DNA from: Acidobacteriota bacterium
GTDB lineage: Bacteria > Acidobacteriota > Terriglobia > Acidiferrales > UBA7541
Direction of reading: 5' to 3'
Length of the DNA: 64,000 bases
Assembly (NCBI GenBank): GCA_013286465.1
Contig: JABDFR010000007.1
Coordinates: forward strand, 2,836 to 66,835
Numbering within the stretch: position 1 is the first letter of the stretch; every line of letters begins with the position of its first letter. The notes beneath the pieces were generated by a model, which saw only the letters and a program-made list of their open reading frames with translations, did not search any database and had not been told where the DNA came from. Position numbers and translations under genes: made by a program. Shown here piece by piece: positions 45,220 to 53,941 of the stretch.

Positions 45220-46206
45220 ATGGCGGAAGAGAACGGCGGAAACGGCAGCAGCGCCCCACCAGGCGGCGCCGGCGGCAACGGTTCCAGCGGGCGCAAAACA
45301 GGCGTCCGCGAACAAGTAACCGTGCTGAAAGAAACCGTCCAAGCCAAAACCAAAGAGCAACTAGAAGAGCTGAAGCAACCAGAAAAAACCCAGCTCTACC
45401 GCTCAATTTTCCGCGTGAAGCACGACGCCGAACCGCGCAACCGCGCGCTAAGCGTCCTCAGCAACGTTTTCTTCCACCTGCATCCCGCCAAAGTAAATCG
45501 CGACGCCGTTCGTTACAACTTCACCTGGGGCATGGGCGGAATCACTTTCTACCTATTCATAGTCCTGACGTTCACCGGCGTCCTACTAATGTTTTATTAC
45601 CACCCGTCGAAGGTCCAAGCCTTCCGCGACATTCTCTATCTAGAAAACGACGTCCCCTTCGGCAAGCTCCTGCGCAACATGCACCGCTGGGCAGCCCACC
45701 TAATGATCATCGCCGTCTGGCTGCACATGTTCCGAGTATTCCTAACCGGCTCGTACAAGCGCCCCCGCGAATTCAATTGGTGCGTAGGCGTGCTGCTAAT
45801 GGTTCTCACTTTGTTGCTCTCCTTCACCGGCTACCTGCTACCGGACGATCAACTAGGTTTCTGGGCCGTAACGGTAGGCACCAACATGGCGAGAGCCACC
45901 CCGCTCTTAGGAAACGAAGGCCCATTCGGCTCACTCTTAGGCATGACGCCATACAACGACGTCCGCTTCGCGTTACTAGGCGGCTCAATCGTAGATGCCA
46001 ACGCACTACTGCGCGCCTACATCTGGCATTGCATTGCAATCCCATTAATCGCCGGAATTTTCATGGGCGTACATTTCTGGCGCGTAAGAAAAGACGGCGG
46101 CATCTCCGGCCCAGCCCCGATCATGCTCGAGTCCGAAATCAAAGAAGAGAAGGGCCCGCGCCCAGTAATCCTGAAGCCCAGCGGAATGGATCAGTTCCAG
46201 AAATGA
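45220..46206 (+). CDS. cytochrome b, b6-like N-terminal four-helix subunit
   Basis: Heme-ligand His pairs lie in NMHRWAAHLMIIAVWLHM and IWHCIAIPLIAGIFMGVHFW. The protein ends after helix D. A Gly/Ser-rich N-terminal extension is present. Confidence 0.9.
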   Translation: MAEENGGNGSSAPPGGAGGNGSSGRKTGVREQVTVLKETVQAKTKEQLEELKQPEKTQLYRSIFRVKHDAEPRNRALSVLSNVFFHLHPAKVNRDAVRYNFTWGMGGITFYLFIVLTFTGVLLMFYYHPSKVQAFRDILYLENDVPFGKLLRNMHRWAAHLMIIAVWLHMFRVFLTGSYKRPREFNWCVGVLLMVLTLLLSFTGYLLPDDQLGFWAVTVGTNMARATPLLGNEGPFGSLLGMTPYNDVRFALLGGSIVDANALLRAYIWHCIAIPLIAGIFMGVHFWRVRKDGGISGPAPIMLESEIKEEKGPRPVILKPSGMDQFQK

Positions 46207-46243
46207 CGCATTTCACTCATCTTCGCTCGAGTGAGGCTCGCTA

Positions 46244-47227
46244 ATGGATTGGCGGCAAATCTGGGAAGTAGTCTCGACGCCCGACAACGTCCCCATCGTC
46301 GCGCTTCTATTCCTAGTCCCGTTTTACACCTGGTACGCCTTCCGCCAAGCCATAGCCAACGATCAACTGATCGCCATAATCGGCAGCGACCCAGGTTACG
46401 CGAAATCCAAATACCGCAAGACGCAACCGTGGGATCCCAAGTGGGAGCGCGAAGTCCACACCTGGCCCTACCTGATGCGCATGGAATTCCTGGTAGCGAT
46501 CATCATCACCATCATCCTGATGGTCTGGTCGTTAACTCTGAACGCGCCGCTGGAAGAACCATCAAATCCCAACGTAACGATGAACCCAGCCAAGGCGCCG
46601 TGGTATTTCCTCGGCCTACAGGAAATGCTGGTCTATTTCGATCCATGGATCGCCGGCGTAATCATGCCGACGCTGATCATCGTGGGCCTAATGGCCGTCC
46701 CATACATCGACAACAACCCGCTAGGCAACGGCTACTACACCTACCGCCAGCGCCGCTTCGCCATCTGGACATTCCTAGTCGGTTTCATCGGCCTCTGGGT
46801 AGTTATGATCGTAATCGGCACGTTCATCCGCGGCCCCGGCTGGATGTGGTTCTGGCCAGGCCAAACCTGGGACGCCGAGCGCGTAGACTACGCCGTAAAC
46901 AGAAACCTGGACGAAGTCTTCGGCATAAACGGCCACTGGCTAGCGCACTTATTACCGGCTTCCTCGGCGCCAAACGCGGCCATCTGGGCTCGTGTAATTT
47001 TTGGAATATTTCCGCTAGCGATCTTCTTCGTGCTAGCAGGCCTGCTGATCCACAAGATCTGCATGATGAGCGAATTCAGCCAAAAGCTCTACAAGCGCAT
47101 GAGCATCCTGCAGCTCGTAACGATGTACACGTTCCTGATCCTAATGATTTCGCTGCCGGTAAAAATTTTGCTGCGCCTGGTATTCACAATCAAATACATC
47201 TGGGTGACCCCGTGGTTCAGCATCTAG
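46244..47227 (+). CDS. cytochrome b C-terminal domain protein (subunit IV-like, extended)
   Basis: The Qo-site PEWY-type motif reads AKAPWYFLGLQEMLVYF. Several additional TM helices follow. The gene sits directly after the b6-like gene. Confidence 0.85.
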   Translation: MDWRQIWEVVSTPDNVPIVALLFLVPFYTWYAFRQAIANDQLIAIIGSDPGYAKSKYRKTQPWDPKWEREVHTWPYLMRMEFLVAIIITIILMVWSLTLNAPLEEPSNPNVTMNPAKAPWYFLGLQEMLVYFDPWIAGVIMPTLIIVGLMAVPYIDNNPLGNGYYTYRQRRFAIWTFLVGFIGLWVVMIVIGTFIRGPGWMWFWPGQTWDAERVDYAVNRNLDEVFGINGHWLAHLLPASSAPNAAIWARVIFGIFPLAIFFVLAGLLIHKICMMSEFSQKLYKRMSILQLVTMYTFLILMISLPVKILLRLVFTIKYIWVTPWFSI

Positions 47228-47251
47228 CGTCTCGTGCCAGCCATCGAAGCG

Positions 47252-47370
47252 GCTGTCATCCCGAACCCGCTTTAGGGGTGAGGGATCTGCTCTCGCCGTC
47301 GCAGTTTCACTGGCCGTTGCCGTTTCTTAAATCTGAAATTTCAAATCTGAAATTTGAAATCTCCCAAGCC
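47252..47370 (+). repeat. Rpt-D dispersed element, copy 2
   Basis: It has the same conserved end blocks and the identical 31-nt AT-rich core (47330-47360) as copy 1. It lies between the subunit IV-like gene and the octaheme cytochrome gene. Confidence 0.8.
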
Positions 47371-47413
47371 TTTGTAATTACCCAGTCGCCCAACATCCCC
47401 AAGGAGCCAACGC

Positions 47414-50400
47414 GTGGCTGATTTGCCGCCGAACGCCCCCAAAGATCCGATCGTCACCAGTTCCTTCAGCACCCCGCTGATGATCTGCTCGGTGCTGCTG
47501 ATGATCACGGTGGCCTGGTCTCTCTGGGATGAAATGTACGGCCTGCGCCCCTGGCGCGCCTATCAAACCCGCTTCGCAAAAGCCTACGCCACGTATCTCG
47601 ACAAAGAAGTAGGCCGCCAAAAGAAACTCGAAAGCGACGTCTATTCCGCACCCGAATACAAAAAGCTAGCCGCCGAAGCCGATTTCCTCGAAGCCGCCGC
47701 CAAAGCCAAAGACGACGCCATCGCCAAGCAAATCGCCGTCCTAGATTCGCAGCGCGCCGCCATCGGCGATGCCTTCAAAGATGCCCGCGGAAAAATCGGA
47801 CATCTCGTCTACATGCTCGAAATCGTTCCGGAAAAAGATAAAAGCGAAAAAGAATCGCGCCTGAAAGATTTGAATGAAGCCAAAGCGGGCACCTGGAAAG
47901 TAGATTGGCCCACCGCCGACGGCTCCATAGAAAAAGACAAGAAATTCACCGCCGATCAACTCAACGATACGTTCACCAGTCTGATGGCCGAGCGCGCCAA
48001 GCTGGTCGCGGAACGCGGCGACAACGACGCCGCCGGAAAAGTAGCCCGCGCCAAAGCCAACGTTTATCTCTCCGATCATCTGCCGGGCCTGAGCGCGGCC
48101 GCGCTCGAAGGCCTGCGAACCTCCGCCCGCGACTGGGACGAAACGCTGATCCAGATCAACGTAAATCCCTCAGGCTCCTCGATCAATAATTTGGGCGGCG
48201 CAGGACTCGTCGATCGCTGCCAATCCTGCCACATCGGCACCGATCAAAAGTTAGTCCCGCCACAACTCACGCTCACAAAAGCCGATCTCGGTATGGCCAA
48301 GAGCAACGACGCTCCGTTCACCAGCCATCCCGAACCCGATCTGATCAAAACTCATACACTCGAGCGTTTCGGCTGCTCGCCCTGCCACGGCGGCAACGGC
48401 CGCGCCATAGATTCCGTCACTCGCGGACACGGCCGCTACGAACACTGGCTCTGGCCCCTCTACTACAGAGAAAATTTCGATGCCGGCTGCCAGCAATGCC
48501 ACGCCGCCGACATGGTCACCGACCACGCCGAAGTCCTGAATCATGGCCGCCAGCTCTACCGCCAGCGCGGCTGCATCGGCTGCCATCGCTACCAGGGATT
48601 CGACAATCAGGACGAGCAACTCGTCTCCGCACGCCAGCAGATCACGCAGTTGGGCAGCGATAAGTTGCAAGACGAACTCGATATCCCGCGCCTGCAAAAA
48701 CTAGGCGACAACGCTCCGGACAACGAAGCGGCCAATCGTTACTACGCGCAGGCCAACAATCTGACGGTAAGTGTAAGCCGCATCGACGCCCAATCCGCCG
48801 AGCTCGAGCGCCGCAGCCACACGCTCCTGGAAGAAATCAAAAAGGTAGGCCCCGATCTAAAAGACGCGCGCCTCAAGCTGCGCAAAGAATGGATTCCGTA
48901 CTGGATCGGCCACACCCACGAATTCCGTCCGACGACAAAGATGCCGCAGTTCCGTCTAGCCGATGATCAGGTCCAAGCCATCGCCGCGTTCGTCTGGCAA
49001 TCCGGCATCACCAGCCCGGTGCTCGAGCATCAACCCGCCGGAAATGCCACTCACGGCAAAGAGCTCTTCGAAGAGCGTGGCTGCCTGGCCTGCCACTCGA
49101 TGGGCGAAGGCGCCAATAAAATGGGCGGCACCTTCGCCGCAAACCTAAGCCGCGTAGGCGAAAAAGAAAATTACGATTACATAGTCCGCTGGGTCCACAA
49201 TCCGCGCCAGCGCACGCGCCCCTATTGTCCCTACGAAAAGCGCGATCTGGGCCCCGAAGATTACGCCAAGCACAATTTGCCGTACGTATTCGATCTCGAT
49301 CATTCCAAGTGCCCGAACGACGGCCACGAACTAGCCGTGCAGCAACCGACAGTAATGCCGAGCCTGCGTCTCTCCATCGAAGACGCCCGCGACATCGCGA
49401 GTTACCTGATCACCCAAAAGCACCCCGACGCGAGCTACGCCGCCGCGGATTACATGGATGATCCAGCGCTCAAGCCCAAAGGCGAAGAACTAGTCAAGCA
49501 TTTCGGATGCGCCGGCTGCCACGAAATCAGCGGTCTGGAAGACGAAGGCCGCATCGGCACCGAGCTAACGAATGAAGGCAGCAAACCCATCGAGCGCCTG
49601 GATTTCGCGCTCTACACCGAAGACGCCAAGCGCGGCGTCCTCCCAGATGGCAAGCCCTCCATCCGCAACGGTCACGAAGTAGCGTGGTTCGATTCGAAGG
49701 GTTTCTTCGAGCACAAGCTAGAAAATCCCGGCGTCTACGATCAGGGCAAATATCATTCGAATCCCATGGACGCCCTGCGCATGCCCAAGCCCAATCTCTA
49801 CGAACCGGGCGACCTGGAAGCGCTAGTAACATTCCTCCTAGGCAGCACCGATCCCACTCTGCCGCAAGAATACATGTACAAGCCGCAAGATCGCCGCCGC
49901 TACGTCCAAGAAGGCTGGTGGGTAGTCACAAAATATAATTGCATCGGCTGCCATCAAATCGGAATCGGCCAGCGCTCGATCCTGATGGATCTCCCGATGT
50001 ATCAAGCGGAGAACAAACAAAACTTGCCGCCAGTTCTAACCACCGAAGGCGCCAGAGTAAATCCAGAATGGCTCAAAGGTTTCCTGGCGAATCCGTCGCT
50101 GAGCACCACGGACACCAATCGCAACGGTGTGCGCAGCTACCTCCAAGTCCGCATGCCGACGTTCTATCTCTCCGATGACGAAATTCGTAAACTAGTCCTA
50201 TTCTTCGAAGCCATGTCATCGCAGCCAGAGCCATACATCCAACCAAAGCCGCCAGCCATCACCGACACCGAGCGAGCCATGGCCCGCGACTTATTCACCA
50301 GCCCGGCAGCTCCATGCCTGAAGTGCCACGCCACGGGCAACGCCGAACACGACAAAAACGCAATCGCTCCAAATTTCCTGCTAGCAAAAGATCGCCTGCA

Positions 50401-50656
50401 AACTCCGTGGACCACGCGCTGGATCACCGACCCGGCAAAAATAATCCCGGGCACAGCCATGCCATCAGGCCTATTCAAGCGCGACGGCGATCACTGGGTC
50501 TTCACCGGCCCAGTTCCAACAGCATTGCAACATTACACCGGCGATCAAGCCGATCTGCTAGTCCGATACATGTTCAACCTAACGCCGCAAGAACAAGCCG
50601 CGTTAGTAGGCCGCACGCCAACCAGCACCAAGTCATCAGGCAACGGCGGCAATTAG
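47414..50656 (+). CDS. membrane-anchored octaheme c-type cytochrome (1080 aa)
   Basis: Eight CxxCH motifs: CQSCH, CSPCH, CQQCH, CIGCH, CLACH, CAGCH, CIGCH, CLKCH. Five are followed by class-I-like MP motifs. There is an N-terminal TM helix and a ~180-aa charged helical segment. GTG 47414 is preceded by AAGGAG. Confidence 0.9.
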   Translation: MADLPPNAPKDPIVTSSFSTPLMICSVLLMITVAWSLWDEMYGLRPWRAYQTRFAKAYATYLDKEVGRQKKLESDVYSAPEYKKLAAEADFLEAAAKAKDDAIAKQIAVLDSQRAAIGDAFKDARGKIGHLVYMLEIVPEKDKSEKESRLKDLNEAKAGTWKVDWPTADGSIEKDKKFTADQLNDTFTSLMAERAKLVAERGDNDAAGKVARAKANVYLSDHLPGLSAAALEGLRTSARDWDETLIQINVNPSGSSINNLGGAGLVDRCQSCHIGTDQKLVPPQLTLTKADLGMAKSNDAPFTSHPEPDLIKTHTLERFGCSPCHGGNGRAIDSVTRGHGRYEHWLWPLYYRENFDAGCQQCHAADMVTDHAEVLNHGRQLYRQRGCIGCHRYQGFDNQDEQLVSARQQITQLGSDKLQDELDIPRLQKLGDNAPDNEAANRYYAQANNLTVSVSRIDAQSAELERRSHTLLEEIKKVGPDLKDARLKLRKEWIPYWIGHTHEFRPTTKMPQFRLADDQVQAIAAFVWQSGITSPVLEHQPAGNATHGKELFEERGCLACHSMGEGANKMGGTFAANLSRVGEKENYDYIVRWVHNPRQRTRPYCPYEKRDLGPEDYAKHNLPYVFDLDHSKCPNDGHELAVQQPTVMPSLRLSIEDARDIASYLITQKHPDASYAAADYMDDPALKPKGEELVKHFGCAGCHEISGLEDEGRIGTELTNEGSKPIERLDFALYTEDAKRGVLPDGKPSIRNGHEVAWFDSKGFFEHKLENPGVYDQGKYHSNPMDALRMPKPNLYEPGDLEALVTFLLGSTDPTLPQEYMYKPQDRRRYVQEGWWVVTKYNCIGCHQIGIGQRSILMDLPMYQAENKQNLPPVLTTEGARVNPEWLKGFLANPSLSTTDTNRNGVRSYLQVRMPTFYLSDDEIRKLVLFFEAMSSQPEPYIQPKPPAITDTERAMARDLFTSPAAPCLKCHATGNAEHDKNAIAPNFLLAKDRLQTPWTTRWITDPAKIIPGTAMPSGLFKRDGDHWVFTGPVPTALQHYTGDQADLLVRYMFNLTPQEQAALVGRTPTSTKSSGNGGN

Positions 50657-50688
50657 CGCCCGCGCCAACGGTTTCGTACGGGTCTTTC

Positions 50689-50727
50689 GTAGGGGCGGGC
50701 CTTCAGCCCCGCCCGGTTTTCGGCCCC
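50689..50727 (+). repeat. REP-A palindromic element, forward orientation (terminator-like)
   Basis: GTAGGGGCGGGCCTTCAGCCCCGCCCGGTTTTCGGCCCC, 33 nt after the cytochrome stop. Confidence 0.85.
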
Positions 50728-50836
50728 GTATCAGCAACGAATTCTCGGCCGGCAACCAAGGCCTCCGATTTGTTCCAGCAACGTTCAAGCGTTAGAATTC
50801 AATAAGCTCGAAAAAGCTCAGGAGGAAACAGAAATC

Positions 50837-51640
50837 ATGCGTATCAAGTGGCAAGCAGCAATCTTCACCGCGGCTCTAGCCCTCACCTTCGCAGGCTGCG
50901 GCGGCGGCGAAAAACCAGCCCCAGAATCCAGCACCGCTCCAGCCAGCGCACCAGCCGGCGGAGGCGCCGCAGTAGACGCCACCACCGCAGGCAGCGTCAG
51001 CGGCACAGTAAACCTAGATAGTCCAGCCCCCACCTTCAAAGCCATCAACATGAGCGCCGAAGCCTTCTGCTCAAAAGCCCATACCAGCGCAGTAATGCCC
51101 GAAGACGTAGTAACGGGCGACAAGGGCGCTCTGGCCAACGTAGTAGTCTATGTAAAAGACGACATGAGCAAATACAGCTTCGACACGCCAAAAGATCCAG
51201 TCGCGCTAGATCAAAGAGGCTGCATGTACTCTCCGCACGTAGTGGCGTTAATGGCGGGCCAGACAATCGAAGTAAAGAACGACGACCAGACGACGCACAA
51301 CATTCATCCGACTCCAAAAGACAACCGCGAATGGAACCAATCGCAACCCCCAGGCGCCGCCCCACTAGACGAAACCTTCGCAAGAGGCGAAGTAGCCATC
51401 CCAGTAAAATGCAACGTCCACCCATGGATGAAGGGCTACATCGCGGTATTCAAACACCCGTTCTTCGCAGTGACTACAAAAGACGGCAAATTTGAATTGA
51501 AGGGCCTGCCCCCAGGCACGTACACAATCGAAGCCTGGCAAGAAAAGTACGGCGTAGTGGATCAGCAAGTAACCATCGGCCCGAAGGATTCAAAGACGGT
51601 CAGCTTCACCTTCAAAGCCGCAGGCGCCACAGGCGACTAA
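50837..51640 (+). CDS. lipoprotein with amicyanin-like type-1 copper (cupredoxin) domain fused to a CarboxypepD_reg-like domain
   Basis: Lipobox LTFAGC. Candidate T1Cu ligands are His in THNIH plus C-x2-H-x2-M in KCNVHPWM (amicyanin has CTPHPFM). The C-terminus DGKFELKGLPPGTYTIEAW is carboxypeptidase-regulatory-like. AGGAGG precedes the ATG. Confidence 0.78.
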   Translation: MRIKWQAAIFTAALALTFAGCGGGEKPAPESSTAPASAPAGGGAAVDATTAGSVSGTVNLDSPAPTFKAINMSAEAFCSKAHTSAVMPEDVVTGDKGALANVVVYVKDDMSKYSFDTPKDPVALDQRGCMYSPHVVALMAGQTIEVKNDDQTTHNIHPTPKDNREWNQSQPPGAAPLDETFARGEVAIPVKCNVHPWMKGYIAVFKHPFFAVTTKDGKFELKGLPPGTYTIEAWQEKYGVVDQQVTIGPKDSKTVSFTFKAAGATGD

Positions 51641-51660
51641 AGGCCGTTGTATCGGTGTTT

Positions 51661-51691
51661 GTAGGGGAGGGCCTGCAGTCTAGGCCCTCCC
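51661..51691 (+). repeat. REP-A palindromic element, forward orientation, A:T covariant stem
   Basis: GTAGGGGAGGGCCTGCAGTCTAGGCCCTCCC has a 9-bp stem GGGAGGGCC/GGCCCTCCC. A weaker GTAGCGGTGGGCTTCAGCCCAGC hairpin follows at 51722. Confidence 0.75.
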
Positions 51692-51820
51692 ACCTTACGC
51701 CTAGGTGTTAACCCCGGTTTCGTAGCGGTGGGCTTCAGCCCAGCATCCGAAAATCGCCGCACCCACGCAAACTACAAGCCAGCGGCGAACAAGAAACGCA
51801 AAAGGGAATTAATCTTCAAG

Positions 51821-52735
51821 ATGCCAGCATCGTCAAATTCCGCGGTCCACAAATTCGCCATCACCACCAGCGCCTTCACAGTCCTACTATTAATGGCCGG
51901 CGCCCTGGTCACCAGCAATGACGCAGCGGACTCCGTCCCCGACTGGCCTCTAGCCTACGGCAAAATCATCCCCCCACTAGTAGGCGGCATCCGCTACGAA
52001 TTCACCCACCGGGTAGTAGCCGGAATCGTATCCGTCCTAACGCTAATCCTAGCCATCTGGCTAACCCGCACCGAAAAGCGCCCAGCAATCGTCCGCCTAG
52101 GATGGGCAGCCGTGGCGTTAGTAATCGCCCAAGCCCTACTAGGTGCAGCCCGAGTATTACTAGGCCATCCGCCTCTAATCGCCACAATCCACGCCACCAT
52201 CGCCCAAATTTTCTTCATAACGACAGTAGCCCTAGCCCTAGTCACGAGCCCGTGGAGTCAAAGCGGGCACCCCGCACTCGATGATCCTGGCTCGCCAAAA
52301 GTGCGCTCCGTAGCGCTCTGGACCACGCTGGTGATCCTCCTACAGCTAGTTCTCGGCGCAGGCTTCCGCCACGGCGCCTTCGGCATCCTGCCGCATCTGA
52401 TCGGCGCCGCGGCCGTAGCGTTCTTCGTAATCTGGACCACCCGCACAGCGAAAAAGCGCTTCGCCAATGTCCCCGAAATCCGCAGCAGCATCAAGTGGCT
52501 CAACATCACCTTCGGCACGCAAATTCTGCTAGGCGTAGCAGCCTATTGGGCGGTAGCAAAAGCCATCGACGAAGCCCAACCCACGCCGTCCTACGTGATC
52601 CTAACGGTAGCCCACGTCCTGGTAGGTGCCCTGACGCTCGCATCAAGCGTGATTCTCACCCTGATTTGTTATAGGCTGTTGCGACCGTCGGGGGCCACGC
52701 AGCTAAGTTCCCAAGCTACGCGAGCGGCGGTCTAG
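51821..52735 (+). CDS. ctaA: heme A synthase (COX15/CtaA family)
   Basis: Polytopic protein with conserved His-bearing helices (YEFTHRVVAG, TIHATIAQIF, GFRHGAF, VAHVLVGAL). ATG 51821 is chosen because the track's GTG 51728 extension crosses a REP-like hairpin. Confidence 0.85.
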   Translation: MPASSNSAVHKFAITTSAFTVLLLMAGALVTSNDAADSVPDWPLAYGKIIPPLVGGIRYEFTHRVVAGIVSVLTLILAIWLTRTEKRPAIVRLGWAAVALVIAQALLGAARVLLGHPPLIATIHATIAQIFFITTVALALVTSPWSQSGHPALDDPGSPKVRSVALWTTLVILLQLVLGAGFRHGAFGILPHLIGAAAVAFFVIWTTRTAKKRFANVPEIRSSIKWLNITFGTQILLGVAAYWAVAKAIDEAQPTPSYVILTVAHVLVGALTLASSVILTLICYRLLRPSGATQLSSQATRAAV

Positions 52736-52741
52736 GCAAAA

Positions 52742-53635
52742 ATGAACTCAGTCCGCGAAACCACAATTCCAGTCACCGAGCGAGCCTGGGCCTACGTAGC
52801 CCTGGCAAAACCAGACGTCACCTTCCTGGTAGTAATCACCACAGTAGCCGGCTTCTACATCGCCTCACGAGGCCCGCTAGATTGGGCGCTCCTCGCGCAT
52901 ACCTTAGTAGGAACGATGCTCGCCGCCGCCGGCACTGCCACGCTAAATCAATACACCGAGCGCGAAGCGGACGCCCTAATGCGCCGCACCGCCGCACGCC
53001 CAATCCCATCAGGCGTAATTTCGCCCACCGAAGCATTCTGGCTAGGCTCGATTCTCGTAGTCTCCGGCGTGGTCTATCTCAGCATTCTCTCGAATGTGCT
53101 CGCAGCGGCGCTCACTCTCTCGACGACCGTTCTCTATCTCGGCGTCTACACGCCGCTAAAGAAAATCACCCCGCTAGCAACTTTCATTGGCGCATTCCCA
53201 GGCGCAATCCCGCCACTCATAGGCTGGGCCGCAGCCCGAGGTTCGCTCTCCCTAGGCGCATGGATTCTCTTCGCGATTTTATTCCTATGGCAGTTCCCGC
53301 ATTTCCTAGCCATAGCCTGGATGTACCGCGAAGATTACGCCCGCGCCGGAATCAAAATGCTGCCAGTAGTAGAACCGTCAGGCGATCGCACCTTCCGCCA
53401 AATTCTAGTCACCGCCGCGATCCTGGTCCCAATCAGCCTGCTGCCCTCAGTAATCGGCATCACCGGCATCGGCTATTTCTTCGGCGCCACAGTCCTCGGC
53501 ATGGCCCTACTCCAAGTCTGCTTCTGGGCCGAACGCAGCCGCACCAACATCCGCGCCAAGTGGCTCATGCACGCCACAGTAATTCACATTCCAGTCCTAC
53601 TAGCGCTGATGATTCTAGATCGGGTAGTTCGCTAA
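52742..53635 (+). CDS. ctaB: protoheme IX farnesyltransferase (heme O synthase)
   Basis: UbiA-family motifs LNQYTEREADALMRRTAARP and WQFPHFLAIAWMYREDY. Confidence 0.92.
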   Translation: MNSVRETTIPVTERAWAYVALAKPDVTFLVVITTVAGFYIASRGPLDWALLAHTLVGTMLAAAGTATLNQYTEREADALMRRTAARPIPSGVISPTEAFWLGSILVVSGVVYLSILSNVLAAALTLSTTVLYLGVYTPLKKITPLATFIGAFPGAIPPLIGWAAARGSLSLGAWILFAILFLWQFPHFLAIAWMYREDYARAGIKMLPVVEPSGDRTFRQILVTAAILVPISLLPSVIGITGIGYFFGATVLGMALLQVCFWAERSRTNIRAKWLMHATVIHIPVLLALMILDRVVR

Positions 53636-53679
53636 GCTAGCGGCAGCAAACGTCGAAAGGAGCAACCCAACCCCTCCGC

Positions 53680-53931
53680 ATGAACCCCAAAAAGAACGAT
53701 CTCGAACTAACAATCATCAGTATTTTCTTCCTGGTCTTGTCCTTGATCGGCATAGTCTGGTGCATCACCAGCGGCCTGCTAGCCGGCGGCATCGACGGCA
53801 TCCTGCTAATCGGCATCTGCCTGATGATGGCCGGAATATTCGCCCTTCAGCTTTTCCTGATTGCCCTACAAGCCGGCTGGGTCAAGCTCCCGTCGCACGA
53901 CAAAAAACCGGCCGCGGCCCCGGCGAAGTAG
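53680..53931 (+). CDS. small hypothetical membrane protein (2 TM helices)
   Basis: 83 aa with two strongly hydrophobic helices and a basic C-tail. It sits between ctaB and the DUF420 gene. I recognise no family. Confidence 0.5.
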   Translation: MNPKKNDLELTIISIFFLVLSLIGIVWCITSGLLAGGIDGILLIGICLMMAGIFALQLFLIALQAGWVKLPSHDKKPAAAPAK

Positions 53932-53941
53932 GGAATTCGCA

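Noticed and set aside
46231-47421. A 396-aa same-strand alternative-frame ORF overlapping the subunit IV-like cytochrome b gene. Similar cases occur at 27211-28215 (in murJ), 37903-38676 (in ccmF), 52882-53640 (in ctaB), 53959-54456 (in the DUF420 gene), 42680-43204 and 44428-44922.
   Set aside because: Their composition is Arg/Pro/His-rich, whereas the competing frames encode clean polytopic membrane proteins with family motifs (PWYF, WWD, UbiA motifs). No frameshift signal was seen.
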